This document shows, piece after piece, positions 26,673-42,894 of a stretch of 64,000 nt of DNA. The notes beneath the pieces were generated by a model. That model worked only from the letters and a program-made list of their open reading frames with translations. It made no database searches and was not told the origin of the DNA. Within the stretch, counting starts at the first letter, position 1, and every line of letters starts with the position of its first letter. Origin of the DNA: the human T2T-CHM13v2.0 reference genome, Homo sapiens. The stretch is taken from NCBI RefSeq assembly GCF_009914755.1, contig NC_060932.1, one strand, 5' to 3'. A program made the position numbers and the translations under genes.

Positions 26673-28223
26673 TAGGGAGACCCACAGCTTTGAAATGGGG
26701 TCCCTGTGGGCTGTGATAGCAAAAAGAAGATAGTCACTGCATGATTTAACCTTTCTTCCCTATGTACACCGTCTGTCAGAATCTCTGTCACACAGTCTAG
26801 AGGCAGAGAGGAGGCCAGTGAGAGAAACTATGAACTGTAAAACTCTGTTCTGAGAAAACACATCACCCAATGAATGCCTTGTAGCTTTCACTGAGAGACA
26901 ATAAATGTTACTGCTCTACAGTAAGGAGAAATGAGAAATCCTCTTCCCAAGGGAAAGAAAATACATCTCCACATTTGACAAGTAGTTAACATTATGGATG
27001 GCATCTGCCTGGGCTCTTATCACAATGTAAATTTGTTTTCTATTCACTGGCTTGAATAGTAACAAAATAATATTGAAATGTGAATAAAGAACCATATTTG
27101 AATTTTATTACAGCTTCACAGTAATCTGATTGTGGGGGAAAAAGTTTTGGAGTGAACAAAAGCAGAGAGCAGTTAGTCAACTCAAATACATATACCCGAT
27201 ATTGGAAAGCCTATCTGTTTATTAATAATAAGCCAAATGCTTCCTGGAATGAAGCATTTTTTTTTCCAGTGTGGTCAACATTATATGATTGGAGTTTACA
27301 TAAAGTTCCTGAACTGGTTTGTACTAACTTGTTGACAAGATTGTTTATCATCCCTTTTGAATGAAACATAAAATAAAATTTTGGCCACAAGGCCCATAAA
27401 AGCTATCTTAAAATATCATAAAAACTATCTTCTGCCTTTTTTTCCCCCAGGAGTAGACGTACTAGCTGTGAAGTTCTGGATGAATCTCCTTCAGATTTAT
27501 CCTTTATATTAAACTGTTCAGAGATGGGACTCATATTTCTTATAAGGTTAGTACAGCACATAGGTGTAGGCGAGTTTGAAGGTGTGCAGTGACAAGAATG
27601 AACTGAGGAGTTTTAAGACAAGATGATACAGAAACTCCTAGTCCTCCTGTATGAAGTGAATTCTAGCATTTCAAGTAGACATAGGAGATTTTTTCAATTA
27701 TCTTTTTGCTCCCTGTATTCATAACTTGATCAGGTGTATTACTGAACTTTTAGAGAGCTGCTCATTTTTACCATGGGGCCAATGCTTTTAAGAAATGGAG
27801 GTATGCATTTACTCACAGCTAAATTCGATGTTCACAAGTCCTTATTTAAAAAAGGAAAGTTAATGACACAGGCATCATATCCTAAGGAATTTTAGAAAGG
27901 TTTGTGTTTACTGTTGAGGGATAAAATAAAAAGTGGCACACTTATTCAATATAATGTAGTCAATAACATAAATAATTCTCTCTCTACCATCTTAAGTAAA
28001 AAAAAAAAAAAAAAAAATTAGTCCTGGTGAGGATATGGAAAAATATAAGGAAGAAAGAAAATACTGCATGTTAGAAAAGTCAATGAATTTGCTGAAAAAT
28101 ACATTTTGACATTCTTGGCATTATAAAGACCAATCCTGAGGAAGCTAAGTGGTGATGTAATTGTGTTGCATGACACATAGGGAGGGATAAGGCTGTAACA
28201 CAGGTAGGGGAAGGAAAATGTAA

Positions 28224-28260
28224 AAGAGACAGAGAGAGACACAGAGAGAGAGAGAGAAAG
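28224..28260. repeat. (AG)n-rich microsatellite
   Basis: agagacagagagagacacagagagagagagagaaag. Confidence 0.85.
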
Positions 28261-28391
28261 AGCAAGCATGCAGTGAGCCAGGAGGTGACAAAAGGTCTTG
28301 AATCCTGCACTGTGGCATCTTCTTGTGACCACCCACATTTTACTTTTATCTATAATGAAAGATCACAAAACTTAAAGGAAGTGCCTTGTAT

Positions 28392-28470
28392 TTAGGTTGA
28401 TGCAAAATAATTGCGGGTTTTGGAATTACTTTTAATGGCAAAAACTGTAATTACCTTTGTACCAACCTAT
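28392..28470. mobile_element. MADE1 (Hsmar1-derived mariner MITE)
   Basis: ~80-bp palindrome 'ttaggttgatgcaaaataattgcg...gcaaaaactgtaattacctttgtaccaaccta' in a TA context. Confidence 0.9.
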
Positions 28471-28553
28471 AAATATCAGGTAATTAACTGGGCTTGGCAT
28501 TCAGAAAGTCTCCAAGTCTCACAAAGATTAGAGGCAAAAATGTTAGCAGTCAG

Positions 28554-28855
<302 letters not shown>

Positions 28856-29074
28856 TTAGAGCTCAGAACCAAAGAGAGAGAAAATGGAGAGACATAGAAA
28901 GCCTTTAAAAAACACTGGAAGAAGGCTTCACATGGCAACCAGCCCTGCAATGGGAATTTCAGCTGTTTCACAGATCTGGTGGCAAGGTAGGGTGCAGCTG
29001 ACATTGGCCACATATTTACAGTAAGACAACATTATATGTACAACTTTCTGGGTTTTTTAAATTTTGTTTTGTTT

Positions 29075-29300
29075 TGCAGTACAGGAGTTTAATTGACATG
29101 AGGCCAGCCACACCAAGAGGGAGACAGAGTTATGACACAAATCAACTTCCCTGAGAGTGTGGAGGTGAAGGGTTTTTAAGGGTAATTTGGTGGGCAGAAG
29201 ACTAGGGAATGGGGAATGTTGATTGCTTGGGGATTAAATTATAGGGATGTAGAAAATGGTCCTGTGCACTGAGTCAGTCTCCAGGTGAGGGCCACAGGAC
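29075..29300 (-). mobile_element. ERV1 LTR fragment (MER31-like)
   Basis: 'ggagtttaattgacatgaggccagccac...gggtttttaagggtaatttggtgggcag...gggccacaggac' resembles the recalled MER31 consensus. Confidence 0.6.
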
Positions 29301-29619
29301 TTTGTACATATGTGTGCATGTGTATATATGTGAAGGATTTCCACATTTATAAAGAGATTATATCAAACATTGATAGTGTTTGTCTCTCTGGATGCTAATG
29401 TCATATGAGAATTTTTTCATTTCTATCTTCCTCTACTTCCTTATTTTCCAAATTTCTACAATAAATATTTATTATTTTAGTATACATAAATATAGTTTTC
29501 CTAACAAAACCTAAAGTTATAAGTTTCCCATTTGTATCTTTCCAGTTGTTTAGATTTGATTGGTGATTTTTAATAAAAAGTAGTAATTTTCACCAGCTAA
29601 CTAAAGATAGGACTGGTCT

Positions 29620-31633
<2,014 letters not shown>

Positions 31634-31773
31634 TAACTCAAGAGAAGCATTTTCGGCTTCCTTTCACAAATAAGTTGGGAGAAGGGGGTACCTCCCTAGT
31701 CCGTAGTTTCAATCTATAATTTTGACTTTTACCTCTTTCTTTTTGGGGTGTTGTTTTGTCGTTGTTGTTGCTG

Positions 31774-32057
31774 TTTTTGAGACATGTTCTCACTTTGTCA
31801 CCCAGGCTGGAGGGCAGTGGCATGATCATAGCTCACTGTAGCCTAGAGCTCATGGGCTCAGGATTCTCCCATCTCCATCTCCCAAGTAGCTAGGACTATG
31901 GGCACACGCCACAACACTGGCTAATGTTAACAAGTTTTCAATAAAAACTATGTTGCTTAGGCTGGTATCAAACTCCTGGCCTCAAATAATTGTCCCGGAT
32001 CCTCCTGCCTCTGCCTCCCAAGTTCCTGGGGTGACAGGCATGAGCTACCACACCAGG
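31774..32057 (-). mobile_element. AluJ
   Basis: Diverged reverse Alu 'gagacatgttctcactttgtcacccaggctgg...catgagctaccacacc'. Confidence 0.85.
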
Positions 32058-33014
32058 GACCTATCACTGTGAAGGGTTTGGATCCAGAGTAGTTTATTTC
32101 TGAAAGGAATGTATTACTTTAATCAACTAAAAAATAATATAAATAATATGGTTTTGTTTAAAACACAGTTTCATGTGAGATGCATTGACTGATGCTACTG
32201 AAAGTCAATTTTAGGATAATCTAAGTACAGACAGGTGATCTCAGGTTCTGGAGAACAATTTCAAAGTTGACAGCATTCACAATTATCATTGATTTCAATC
32301 CTTTCATTTTAAAACTGTGGAACTGAGACCCAGAGGGGCTGTGAGCTGCTTCTCCAACACTCAGAACCCAAGCATGTGGGAAAGAGGGGCAGAAGGAGAT
32401 TCCATTCTTTCACTAAGGCCAAGTCTATGATAAGCCTTCTTTAAGATGAGCTCTTCTCCCCACTCGGTATGCTGTCCAAGGACCAAGGGACCTTGCTTGC
32501 ATTATGAAGGCAGGGACAAAGAAATCAAACTGTTTCTAACCTTCACTACACAAATTGCAAGGCTAAAGAAGAGAGGTCAATCAATATGTGTGTTATTGCA
32601 TTTAGTGCTGGCTGGAACACTATCGCAGACAAGCCTTAATTCTAGTTTCTGCTCTTTGTAGCTGCAAAAGTCTGCCAGGTCCCTTCTGTTGAATTCTTAT
32701 TGGTAAGAGCCTTTCCCCAAAGTGCAAAACAGCAGTATTCTATGAATAGATGGGCTATTCACATCTATAAATTGATTCCAAGACCCAAGTGAGAACCTTC
32801 TTAAAGTGACACGGTCAAATTAACTTATACACATTGAGAGAACAGTGACTAGAAAAGAAATATAAAGAAGATCTTGCTAAAACTGCTGAGTTCCTGATAC
32901 AATTCAGTAAGGAAGAAGTCACTCGCAGAAATACCAGAACGTTCAAAAAATTACTTAATAAATTTAGAGTTCCTTCCACCCCAGTAGCCAAATATAATAA
33001 TATTAAAATCTTAG

Positions 33015-33310
33015 GGTCGGGCGCAGTAGCTCACACCTGCAGTCCCAGCACTTTGGGAGGCAGAGGTGGGAAGATTGCTTGAGGCCAGGAGTTCAACGTC
33101 AGCCTGGGAAATATAGTGAAACCCCATCTCTACAAAATAATAATAAATAAATAAATAAATAACTGAATATGATAGTGTGCACATGTAGTCCCAGCTACTC
33201 AGGAAGCTGAGACAGGAAGATTATTTGAGTTCAATTGCACTATTGCACTCTAGCCTGGGTGAAAAAGTGAAACCCTGTCTCAAAAAAAATTAAATTAAAT
33301 AAATAAATAA
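33015..33310 (+). mobile_element. AluJ with internal right-arm deletion
   Basis: 'ggtcgggcgcagtagctcacacc...' with (TAAA)n linker and tail. Confidence 0.85.
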
Positions 33311-33813
33311 AATTTTAAGACTGCTTTCTGGTTCTTATATATCTTACATAACCTAATTCTCAATAAAACTATAGGAATTAGTTATTGGGATAGCTACCGT
33401 TGTCTCCACGCAGGTGTCTTTGGCAGGACACCTTTCAGCATCTGCAAGGAAATATCAGCTCCAGCTGCTCACAGCCCCCTTACTGAGTAATGTCTTCAGC
33501 CTCAGAGGATGTCCATACCTAAGATTTTGCCTCCTTCCAAGATGTCACCTGTGGCCACCTCCAAGGAGAATTTACACTACTGATCTGGCAAATGCATTCT
33601 TTTTCTTCTGCATAGGAAAAGAGTTCGGAGTGTTTCAGAAGCCACTCCACTCACCTAGACGGATGGACCACAGTGTACTTCCACAGTCTCATCTGTTATT
33701 TATTCTGCTCTCCTCAGGGCCCTAGACTGTCTGGCTTTCTCACAGCTTATTACATTGGTCCACTCTATTGATGGTATAACACTAATTGATCAAGGGTGCA
33801 AAAAAATAAAATG

Positions 33814-34167
<354 letters not shown>

Positions 34168-34199
34168 TCAGAGGATGGAAGATAAAACCTATGAAGATT

Positions 34200-36665
34200 C
34201 TAAGACCTGCCATATTAGTAACATCATGTTATGGGTTTGGTGGTCTCGGTATGCTAGGATATCCTCCGTAATGTAAAACAGACATTGTGTCTGGCACCTC
34301 CCATCACTAAGAAAGAAACACAATGTCAGTGTTTTCCCACTTGGGAATACTGCACTTAGCCATAATGAGGATCCCATGGACTCACTGTGAGCCAGGTCTA
34401 GGTCAAGATTTGATGTGTTTCCTGAACACCATATACCCTATTCTACTGGGATGATAACTTTGTGTCCCAGAGTATCAATGTCAGCTTGGACCATGTATGC
34501 AACAGTCCTTGGAAGGGTCAAGTATTTGTCTTTCCCTAGCAAACATTTGCTGAGTGAATGATGGTGATTACTTCTGGGGAGTACTGAGGGAATCACTACT
34601 GTGTGTTCTTGCCAGGGTATTGCAGAATCCTCTTCCTCCATTAAATAGATTCTGGCTCTGAGAACTGGCTCATGCCTGGAAACTAAACAGGGATGCTGCT
34701 CATGTATTAAGGTTTCTTTTCTCGGCCCCCTAATCATTGATTCTCAATTTATTTGTTATATAAAATAAATATTATTCTGCCCATTTATCTTGCCCCCAGA
34801 AATATTGTGTGCTAGTGTTTCCATAGCTTTCTGCAAGCCAGACCTCTCAGCTCCTGCTCAGACCTTCACACTTGTTGCAATCATTGTGCCTACATGACTT
34901 CACTCCAAGTGCAGCCACCTGGAGCCTATAATTTCACATCATATCATCCCATTGTTATTCAGGAAGCCAGTTGAGTCTCCTGGCCTGCAGAAGAGGGAGT
35001 ACCACTTAGCCTCTTAGCGATATTTTTGCCCAATTCTCCAGGCCATTTCTTATTGCTTTGGTAATCAGTGCGTCCTCTTGAACCCTCCAGAACACAGTTG
35101 AGAGGTGGGTTTTCTGGCCTCCTAGCGTGCTCATCCTCTGGGCCTGCTGATCCCTCCTTCTGCTGTATGCCTTGAAAGTTCTGGCATTTTCACTTAACTT
35201 AGTGTGGGTCTTAGCTTCCCCAAGCTTCTAGTAGCATCCCATCAGCATATATACACTATCTCCTGTGGTCCTTGCCAGGGTGTTAAATATTATGCTTCCG
35301 TATTGATATATTCTTTAAAGTTAGACTACCTTGTGTTCTGCTCCTTTTGATTTGCATCCTCAGGTTCCAGTCCTGTATGCATGCTCCTGGCTCATGCCAA
35401 CTAAATGCTAAGTTCTGTCAACTTATAGGGCCTTTTCCTTCCTTTGCAGATCCAGCATTTCCTAGTCAAGACTGTTGAGACTTGATGCTAGTTACTTGAC
35501 CAATGAGGGCTACGAGGTTGGGGGGCACAGATTCTGAAGACGTGTTGCCATACAAGGCAAATATCTCTGCACAGACTTCAAACAAATGGGAGCACTAGTC
35601 TGTCAGCAGGGAGACATGAGACATTCCAGCATCCCCAGAGAATCTGAGGCAGTCTGAAGAGTCAAGATTTTCAATTGCATGAACTCAGTTCTGCCAACCC
35701 AGGTGTCACGGTCTTACTTCTTCCCAATCACAGCCCTGGCTTTAATATACAAGGCTTGCCAAGGCTGAGAGGCCAACCCTTTTGGAATTTTGCTACCCTT
35801 ATAATTGAGTCTTTTTCCTGATCCTTAGCTTTTTCTGTCCTCCAGCTTGAAGATTTCTTTATGTGCTATAAAGAAGATCTCCGGCATACACCCTTCATGT
35901 TAAATTGATGATTAACAATCCTTTCATTGTCTTTCCCTGAAGCATCAATAGTTCCCAGCCACAGACATCTTGTTCTAAAGCTCTTATAATTGTAATTACT
36001 ATTTTCCCAGTAGTTTCTCAAATGCCTGAGACATTCACCTGCCAGTGTGCTTCCTTCCACCTGTATCCCATTCTGGTATACCACCACTGAAAGCTATAAT
36101 ATTCGCAATGCTACAGCATCACTGGGCTCCCAGCACTCAACCTACCATTAGTGGCAGGTTCTTTTTTTCCAGCCAGCCTGCTCCTGGTCGAGCTCCTCCA
36201 AAATCTCATTTTAAAGCTTGCTTCCCAGGATAAACTGGAAGCAAACTATCTTAAGTCAGGTTATCCAAGAAATGGATTATGAGACAGAGATTTTCCTTCA
36301 GGAGGTTTGCTGGGAAGTGGAAATGAAGGAAGCATGATGGGACAGAGGGAGATGTTGAACTGTGATTAATTGCATCAGCATCACCTACAGATAGCCCTGG
36401 AACTAAGATGCCCCTTCAGAATTGTCTGAAATCACAGTAAGGGGCTGGGCCTTTATACCCTTATATTAACTAGGCATTGGATTTGAGGGTGCCACTGGAG
36501 AGGGGGCATACTTCGGGTAAGACAAGTTCCCTTTGACAAAGGGTAATTCCAAGGAAGGAACTCAAATTTGAGACATCAGCAACACACAGTTCTGACAGCT
36601 GAGTGAATGAGTGCTTCACTTCTAAAAAGGCAATCTGGTCTGTATACACACAGAAGCTACTACAG
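34200..36665 (-). mobile_element. ERVL remnant: LTR16-like 5' LTR (~36248-36665) followed by degraded internal (leader/gag) sequence
   Basis: LTR16-like text 'ggttatccaagaaatggattatgagacagagatt...gggacagagggagatgttgaactgtg'; on the - strand the LTR end runs into an ERVL-leader-like 'gaagcaagctttaaaatgagattttggag'; no intact ORF. Confidence 0.55.
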
Positions 36666-36887
36666 TGACCCTTGCTTTAGATCCCTCGGGGATAAGGATC
36701 TGAATCATCCCATCAAGCCAACTACCTAGACTGGCCAAGGTGCCAGTCAAGCAGGAGGTAACTCTAGATTGGGCAGAGCAGGAAGGGGCTAGTGAGAATC
36801 AGTCACAACTTTAGGATCCCTTGCAGCAGGAGTGACTATACTGCAGGTCACTGACTCCTCTCTTGTAAGCATCTTTAAGAATGAGAC

Positions 36888-37412
36888 CAACAAACATACG
36901 TGTGCATGTGGCACTATTCACAATAGCAAAGACTTGGAACCAACCCAAATGTCCAACAATGATAGACTGTATTAAGAAAATGTGGCACATATACACCATG
37001 GAATACTATGCAGCCATAAAAAATGATGAGTTCATGTCCTTTGTAGGGACATGGATGAAGCTGGAAACCATCATTCTCAGCAAACTATCGCAAGGACAAA
37101 AAACCAAACACCACATGTTCTCACTCATAGGTGGGAATTGAACAATGAGGACACATGGACACAGGAAGGGGAACATCACACACCAGGGGACTGTTGTGGG
37201 GTACGGAGAGTGGGGAGGGATAGCATTGGGAGATATACCTAATGCTAAATAACGAGTTAATGGGTGCAGCACACCAACATGGCACATGTATACATAGGTA
37301 ACAAACCTGCACGTTGTGCACATGTATCCTAAAACTTAAAGTATAATAATGATAATAATAAAGAATAAAAAAGATATGCCACTTTAAAACAACCCTTCAA
37401 TAAAAAAAAAAA
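36888..37412 (+). mobile_element. 5'-truncated L1PA (PA3/PA4-like) with tiny 5' inversion and extended 3' tail
   Basis: ORF2 C-terminus (ORF 36881-37141 ...MFSLIGGN) plus 3'UTR; perfect 14-bp TSD aagaatgagaccaa at 36877-36890 and 37413-37426. Confidence 0.95.
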
Positions 37413-37509
37413 AAGAATGAGACCAATGAGAATCCTAAAGAAGGTGTTCCTTTAGAGGTAAACTTACTGTGTGAAGCAAGTAGATCCGATTCACATAGGA
37501 CGCAGACTA

Positions 37510-37976
37510 TTGATAATTTTGTCCGGATCTCCTTTTTGGGCCACATTACCTACTCCCCACAACAAAGGATATAAGCTGGTGACAGGGCAGGGCCGAGTCT
37601 ATCACTGAAAATTGCCCTGAAGATGCCCAAGGGATCTTCCTTGCTCAAGGTTATGCCCCTTCCCAGGGGGTGTCCTCAGGTAAAGGCTGGCTGAGATGAG
37701 GATATAAAGACTTGGTCACCACTTGCCTTGACTTGGGTCCATAGAGATCACTGGCCTTGATGTGGCATGTGTTTGAAGGGTCAACCCAGTTCCACAGTTC
37801 TCTGTTGGATCAGCTGAGCCCTTAGTTGCAACCACATAGTAGGTAGTTTCTCTTTCTGCTCAGCAATGCACTTTTTACTTCCTAGAAGGCATGTATTCCA
37901 AGAATTTCTTTCCAGTAAGTCTTCAGCATTCAACTGTCTGTCTCACAGATTGTTTCAGGGAACCCAGTTTAGAGCA
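37510..37976 (+). mobile_element. LTR16-like ERVL solo LTR
   Basis: Ends 'tgtctcacagattgtttcagggaacccagtttagagca', LTR16-type 3' terminus. Confidence 0.55.
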
Positions 37977-40900
37977 GTTATTACTCCCATTCTCATTCAT
38001 ATGGAAGTGATGCTTGCCAGGGTCCCAGGTGGGAGTTGGGAGTCAGGCCACTTATCCAAATTTTCTAATATCAAATCAATTCGTATTCTGCTTCACCATA
38101 ATTCTAGCATTTGTCCTCTACTCTAACACTATGCCTGGGGAAAGGATTAAATTTCCCATCGACTTGCCTTTGAGTTGTAATGCTACCAAGAGAAGGCATA
38201 TCCTGACAGATGGAGTAATATGCCCTTCAGAGGTAAGTAACAAATTCCTCAGCAGAATATTAAAGAAATCTTTCTTTAATGGCATTATTTATTCCAAATT
38301 GATGCATAAATTCCTAATCTTCCTTTCTACCTACTGGTATTACATGTAGGTTAAAGAGGCAGTTCAAATTCTCAAAGAAACCTTTCCCTAACTGTTTCAA
38401 GTCACATTTTTCTCTCTTCTTTAACACAAACAGCACTGAATATACCATTATGTCCTGAATAGTCAGATTGAGAAAGTGTCAAGGTTCAGTCATTAATGGA
38501 TTCTTGGGATAAATATTGTCTCATACATGATTTCAGAAGCGGTATGGTATTAGGCAGTTAGGATGAAGGGTTTTGAGGTACACTAACCTAGGTTTAAATT
38601 TTAACTCCATCATTTATTAGCTGTGGGCTCTAATAACTTGAGAAAGTAAATTAAGCTCTTTGTGACTCAGTTACCTCACACTGTCAAATGATAACAATGA
38701 TGGCCACCAATGCAATGAGTAATTTTATCATTAGGAATAGAGGGATAACAAGCTGCTGACCTGCACCCCGACGTATTGCACTGTGCTTTTTACACCACCA
38801 CCTATGACTAATTTTCGCCAAAAATATCTAACCTGAATCTAATCCAGCCTTTAGAACTAACTTCCACTTAAGAACATAGGAAATAGAGGAATATGTTAAA
38901 CAACACGTAAAGGAAATAATTAGAAAAAAATCAGAATTTGCAACATTCTATGAAGTAACTATGCCTCTCTTTCTTTTTCTTTCTTTTTAAGCAAAACTTT
39001 ATTTTGAATTTTTTTTATTTGGAGAAAACTTGCAAAGGTAATAGACAGCTCCCACATACCCCACATGCAGTTTCTCTTATTATTAGTATCTTATGCTAGT
39101 ATAGTACAATTATTATACTTAATGAGCCAGTAATATTATGTTATTGTAAATTAAAGTACCTATTGCATTCAGATTTCTTTAGTTTTTACCTAATGTGTTT
39201 CTGCTGTTCCAAGATCCCATCAGGATGCCACATTGCATTTAGTCATCACATTTTCTTAGATTCATCTTGACTGTAGACTGTTTCAGATGTTCCTTGATTT
39301 GATGACTTTGACTGTTTTGAGGAGTACTGATCAGGTATTTTGTAGAAGGTCCCTTTTGGTAATTTATTTGATGTTTCTCTAATGACCAGGCTGGGCTTAT
39401 GGCTTTTGGAGAGGAAGACCTCAGAAGTAAAGTCCCATTTTCATCACAACACATTGAGTCCATGTGATGAACATAAACATCACTATTGATGTTAACCTTG
39501 ATCATCTGGATAAAGTAGTATTTGTCAGAGTCCTTCCTTGTAAAGTTGTTCTTTCTTCCTCTTTCTATACTGTATTCTTTGGAAAGAAGTCACTATGCAC
39601 AGATAATGCTGAAGGACTAGGGAGTTATTCTTCATCTCCTTGAGAGCAGAGTGTTTACATAAATTATTTGCAATTCTTCTGCATGGGATATTTATCTACC
39701 CTATCCCATTTATTTTTTAATTTAATAATTTATATCATCGTGGATTCACAGATATTTAATTTATACTTGTGGTTATGATCCAATACTACTTTATTTTGTT
39801 GCTCAAATTGTTCTAGCTTTGGCCATTGAGAACTCTTTTATTTGATCCTTGTTTCCCTTTGACATATGTCTATCTGTGTGGGAATTTTTTTTTAGTATTT
39901 CTTTCATTTCTGGCTTTACAAGATGCTGTAAGCTTATCCTGTATATTTCCTGTCCCAGTCTTAAAATCAGCTATTTATCTAAAGACTCTTAGGGAATAGC
40001 ATCAGAAATCAAGGTCTGGGCTGTAAGTGTGCTTGTTGCCACTGGGATGTCGTTGCTTCTAGGCCCACTGAGCTGACAGCAAGGAAATGCATGTATGTTT
40101 TTTAATCTATGTTTACACACCTATCTATACTCCTTTCTATAAACATCTGTATTTATATTAAGCTAAACATAAATTCAAACTGTTATCTCCAACTCTAATC
40201 CATTACTGCATGGATTATTCTAGCTTCCTTTCCTGCATGTCAGTAAAGACCCATTCCAACAGTGAGAAATCTGGCTCAAGCCATTCACCATCCATTCCCT
40301 TCGTTGTTAAATTTCTTCAATGTATAGCAGTAACCAGATTGTCAACCCACACTCCCAAGGGAAACAACTTTATCTACAGGATTGCATTACCTATATGCAG
40401 TTGCTTTTGTCATTAGTCTTACAGGCTCCACCCATTTCCAAAAATTACTTGGGTCATCACCTTTTTCCCCACCCACGTCAACGAGGATTGCTTCATACAT
40501 TTGTGATATAGTTAGATTTTCTTTTTGTCACTGTGCTTTCCATCCTGGGACCCCCTGATCTCTCAAATGATTTTTTTTAATTTGCGTACCTTAAAGTTAA
40601 CTGTTTGTGCTATAAAGTTCTATGGGTTTCAACAAATGCATAGTGTCATGTTATCTGCATTACGGTATCACAGAATAATTTCACTGCCCTATGAATTCTT
40701 CTGAGCTTCCTCTATTCAAACCTTCCTCCTCCTCCTGAATCACTGGCAACCAGAGACATTTTCATTGGCTCCATAGTTTTGCCTTTCTAGAATGTGATAT
40801 AATTGGAATCATATTGTATGTAGACTTTTAAGATTGGCTTTTCTACCTTAGCAACATTCATTGAAGGGTCATCTATGTCTTTTGTGGCTTGATAATTCAT

Positions 40901-42894
40901 TTCTTTTTATTACTGAATAATATTCCACTGTATGGCCCTTCTACAGTTTTTTCAGTCATTCACCTATTGAAGAACATCTTGGTCACTTCCACTTTTTGGT
41001 GATTAGGAAAAAAGCTGCTAAAAGAACCATGTGCAAGTTTCAGTGTGAACAATTGGGTAAATTCTAGGAGTGCACTTGCTCAATCACATGGTAATATTAT
41101 ATTTAGCTTCATAAGGACTGACAAAATGTCTTCCAAAGTAGCTGCACCATTTTGCATTCCCACAATCATGAACAAGAGATAATTTCGCTCTGCAATCTTG
41201 CTAAGATTCGGTGTTGTTAGTGTTTTGGGATATAGCCATTCTATAAAATAATAAGTACATGGTAGTGATGCATTGTTTCAGTTTGCAATTATCAAATGGC
41301 AAATAATGTCATTGAACATCTTTTTATATGCTTATTTGCCATCTATATATGTGCTTTGTTGAAGTGTCCATACTTTTGCCCATTTTATTTGGGTTATTTG
41401 TTTTCCTATTGTTGAATTTCTTGAGTTCTTTGTATATTTTGGGTATAGTTCTTTACGAGACATGCATTTTGCAAATATTATCTCTTAGTTTGTGTCTTTT
41501 TTTCATTTTCTAAATAATGTCTGTTATACTGCAAGGTTTTTATTAATAATTTTAACAAAGTTCAATTTATCAATCTTTTATACTTTAATACATAAATTAT
41601 GCATTTAATGCTTTATCTAAAAACTCATCACCTAACCCATCATCATCTAGATCTTCTATATTGTCTTTAAGAAGTCTTATAGTTTTGCATTTTAAATTCA
41701 GACCTATGTTCCATTTTGAGTTAATTTTGTGAAAGGCACAATGTCTGTATTTAGGTTCGTTATTTCTTCAATAGTTCTATCATTGTTTATTGAAAAGACT
41801 GTATTTCCTTCATTGAATTTTCTTTATTCCTTTTTCAAACATCAATTAACCATATTTATGGATTTCTATATCTGAAGTCTATATTTTGTTTTATATGTTC
41901 AATGTAACCACTCTTTTGCCAATACCAATTGATTATTATAGCTTGATAGTGAAGTCTTGAAATTGGGTAGTGTGAATCTTACAACTTTGTTATTCCTCAG
42001 TATTGTGATACCTAATCTAGGTCTTTTTCTTTCTTTGTAAACGTTAGGACCATTTTGTTGATATCTACAAAATAATTTGCTGTTAATTTCATTGGTACTG
42101 TGTTGATTGTATAGATTAAGTTGGGAAGAATTGGTATCTCAACAATAATGAGTCTTCCAGTTCATGAACAGAGAATATATCTGTTGTTAATTAGGTTTTA
42201 ATTTCTTTTATTAGCATTTTGTAACTTTTCACATACATATTCTGTGCATATTTTGTGAGGTTCATCTTATTTCACCTCTTGGATACTATTGTAAATAGTA
42301 TTATGGTTCTAACTTTAAATATCAGATGTTCATTGCTGATATATAGGAAAGCAACTGATCTTTTAATATTAACCTTGTATCTTCTAATCTTGCTATACTC
42401 AGTTATTGATTTCAGGAGGTTGTTTTGGTCAATTCTTTGGGATTTTCTACACAATCATGATATCTATGAACAGAGACGATGTTATTTCTTCCTTCCCAAT
42501 CTGTAAAATTTTTATTTTCCTTTCTTGTTTTGTTGCAGTTATACTGAGCAAAAGTGGTGGGAGAGGACATCCTTGTATTTTTCTTGAAATTACAGGGAAG
42601 CATTCAGTTTCTCACCACTAAGTATGATATTACCATAGATACCTTTTATCAACTTGAAAAAATATCTCTATTTCTAATTGGCTGAGAGTTTTTATGATGA
42701 ATTAGTGTTGAATACTGCCAGGTATTTTTTATGCAAATTGATATGATAATTTTTTTCTTATTTAGTCTGTTTATACAATGCATTACACCAATTAATTTTC
42801 AAATGCTGAACCAGCCTTCCATAGATGAAATTAATTTTACTTGGTCATAATGTATCCATCTTTTACATGTTGTATTCAATTGCTAATTTGTTTC

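Noticed and set aside
27998-28017. Isolated A20 run as the tail of a processed pseudogene
   Set aside because: No upstream retrocopy body or TSD could be identified
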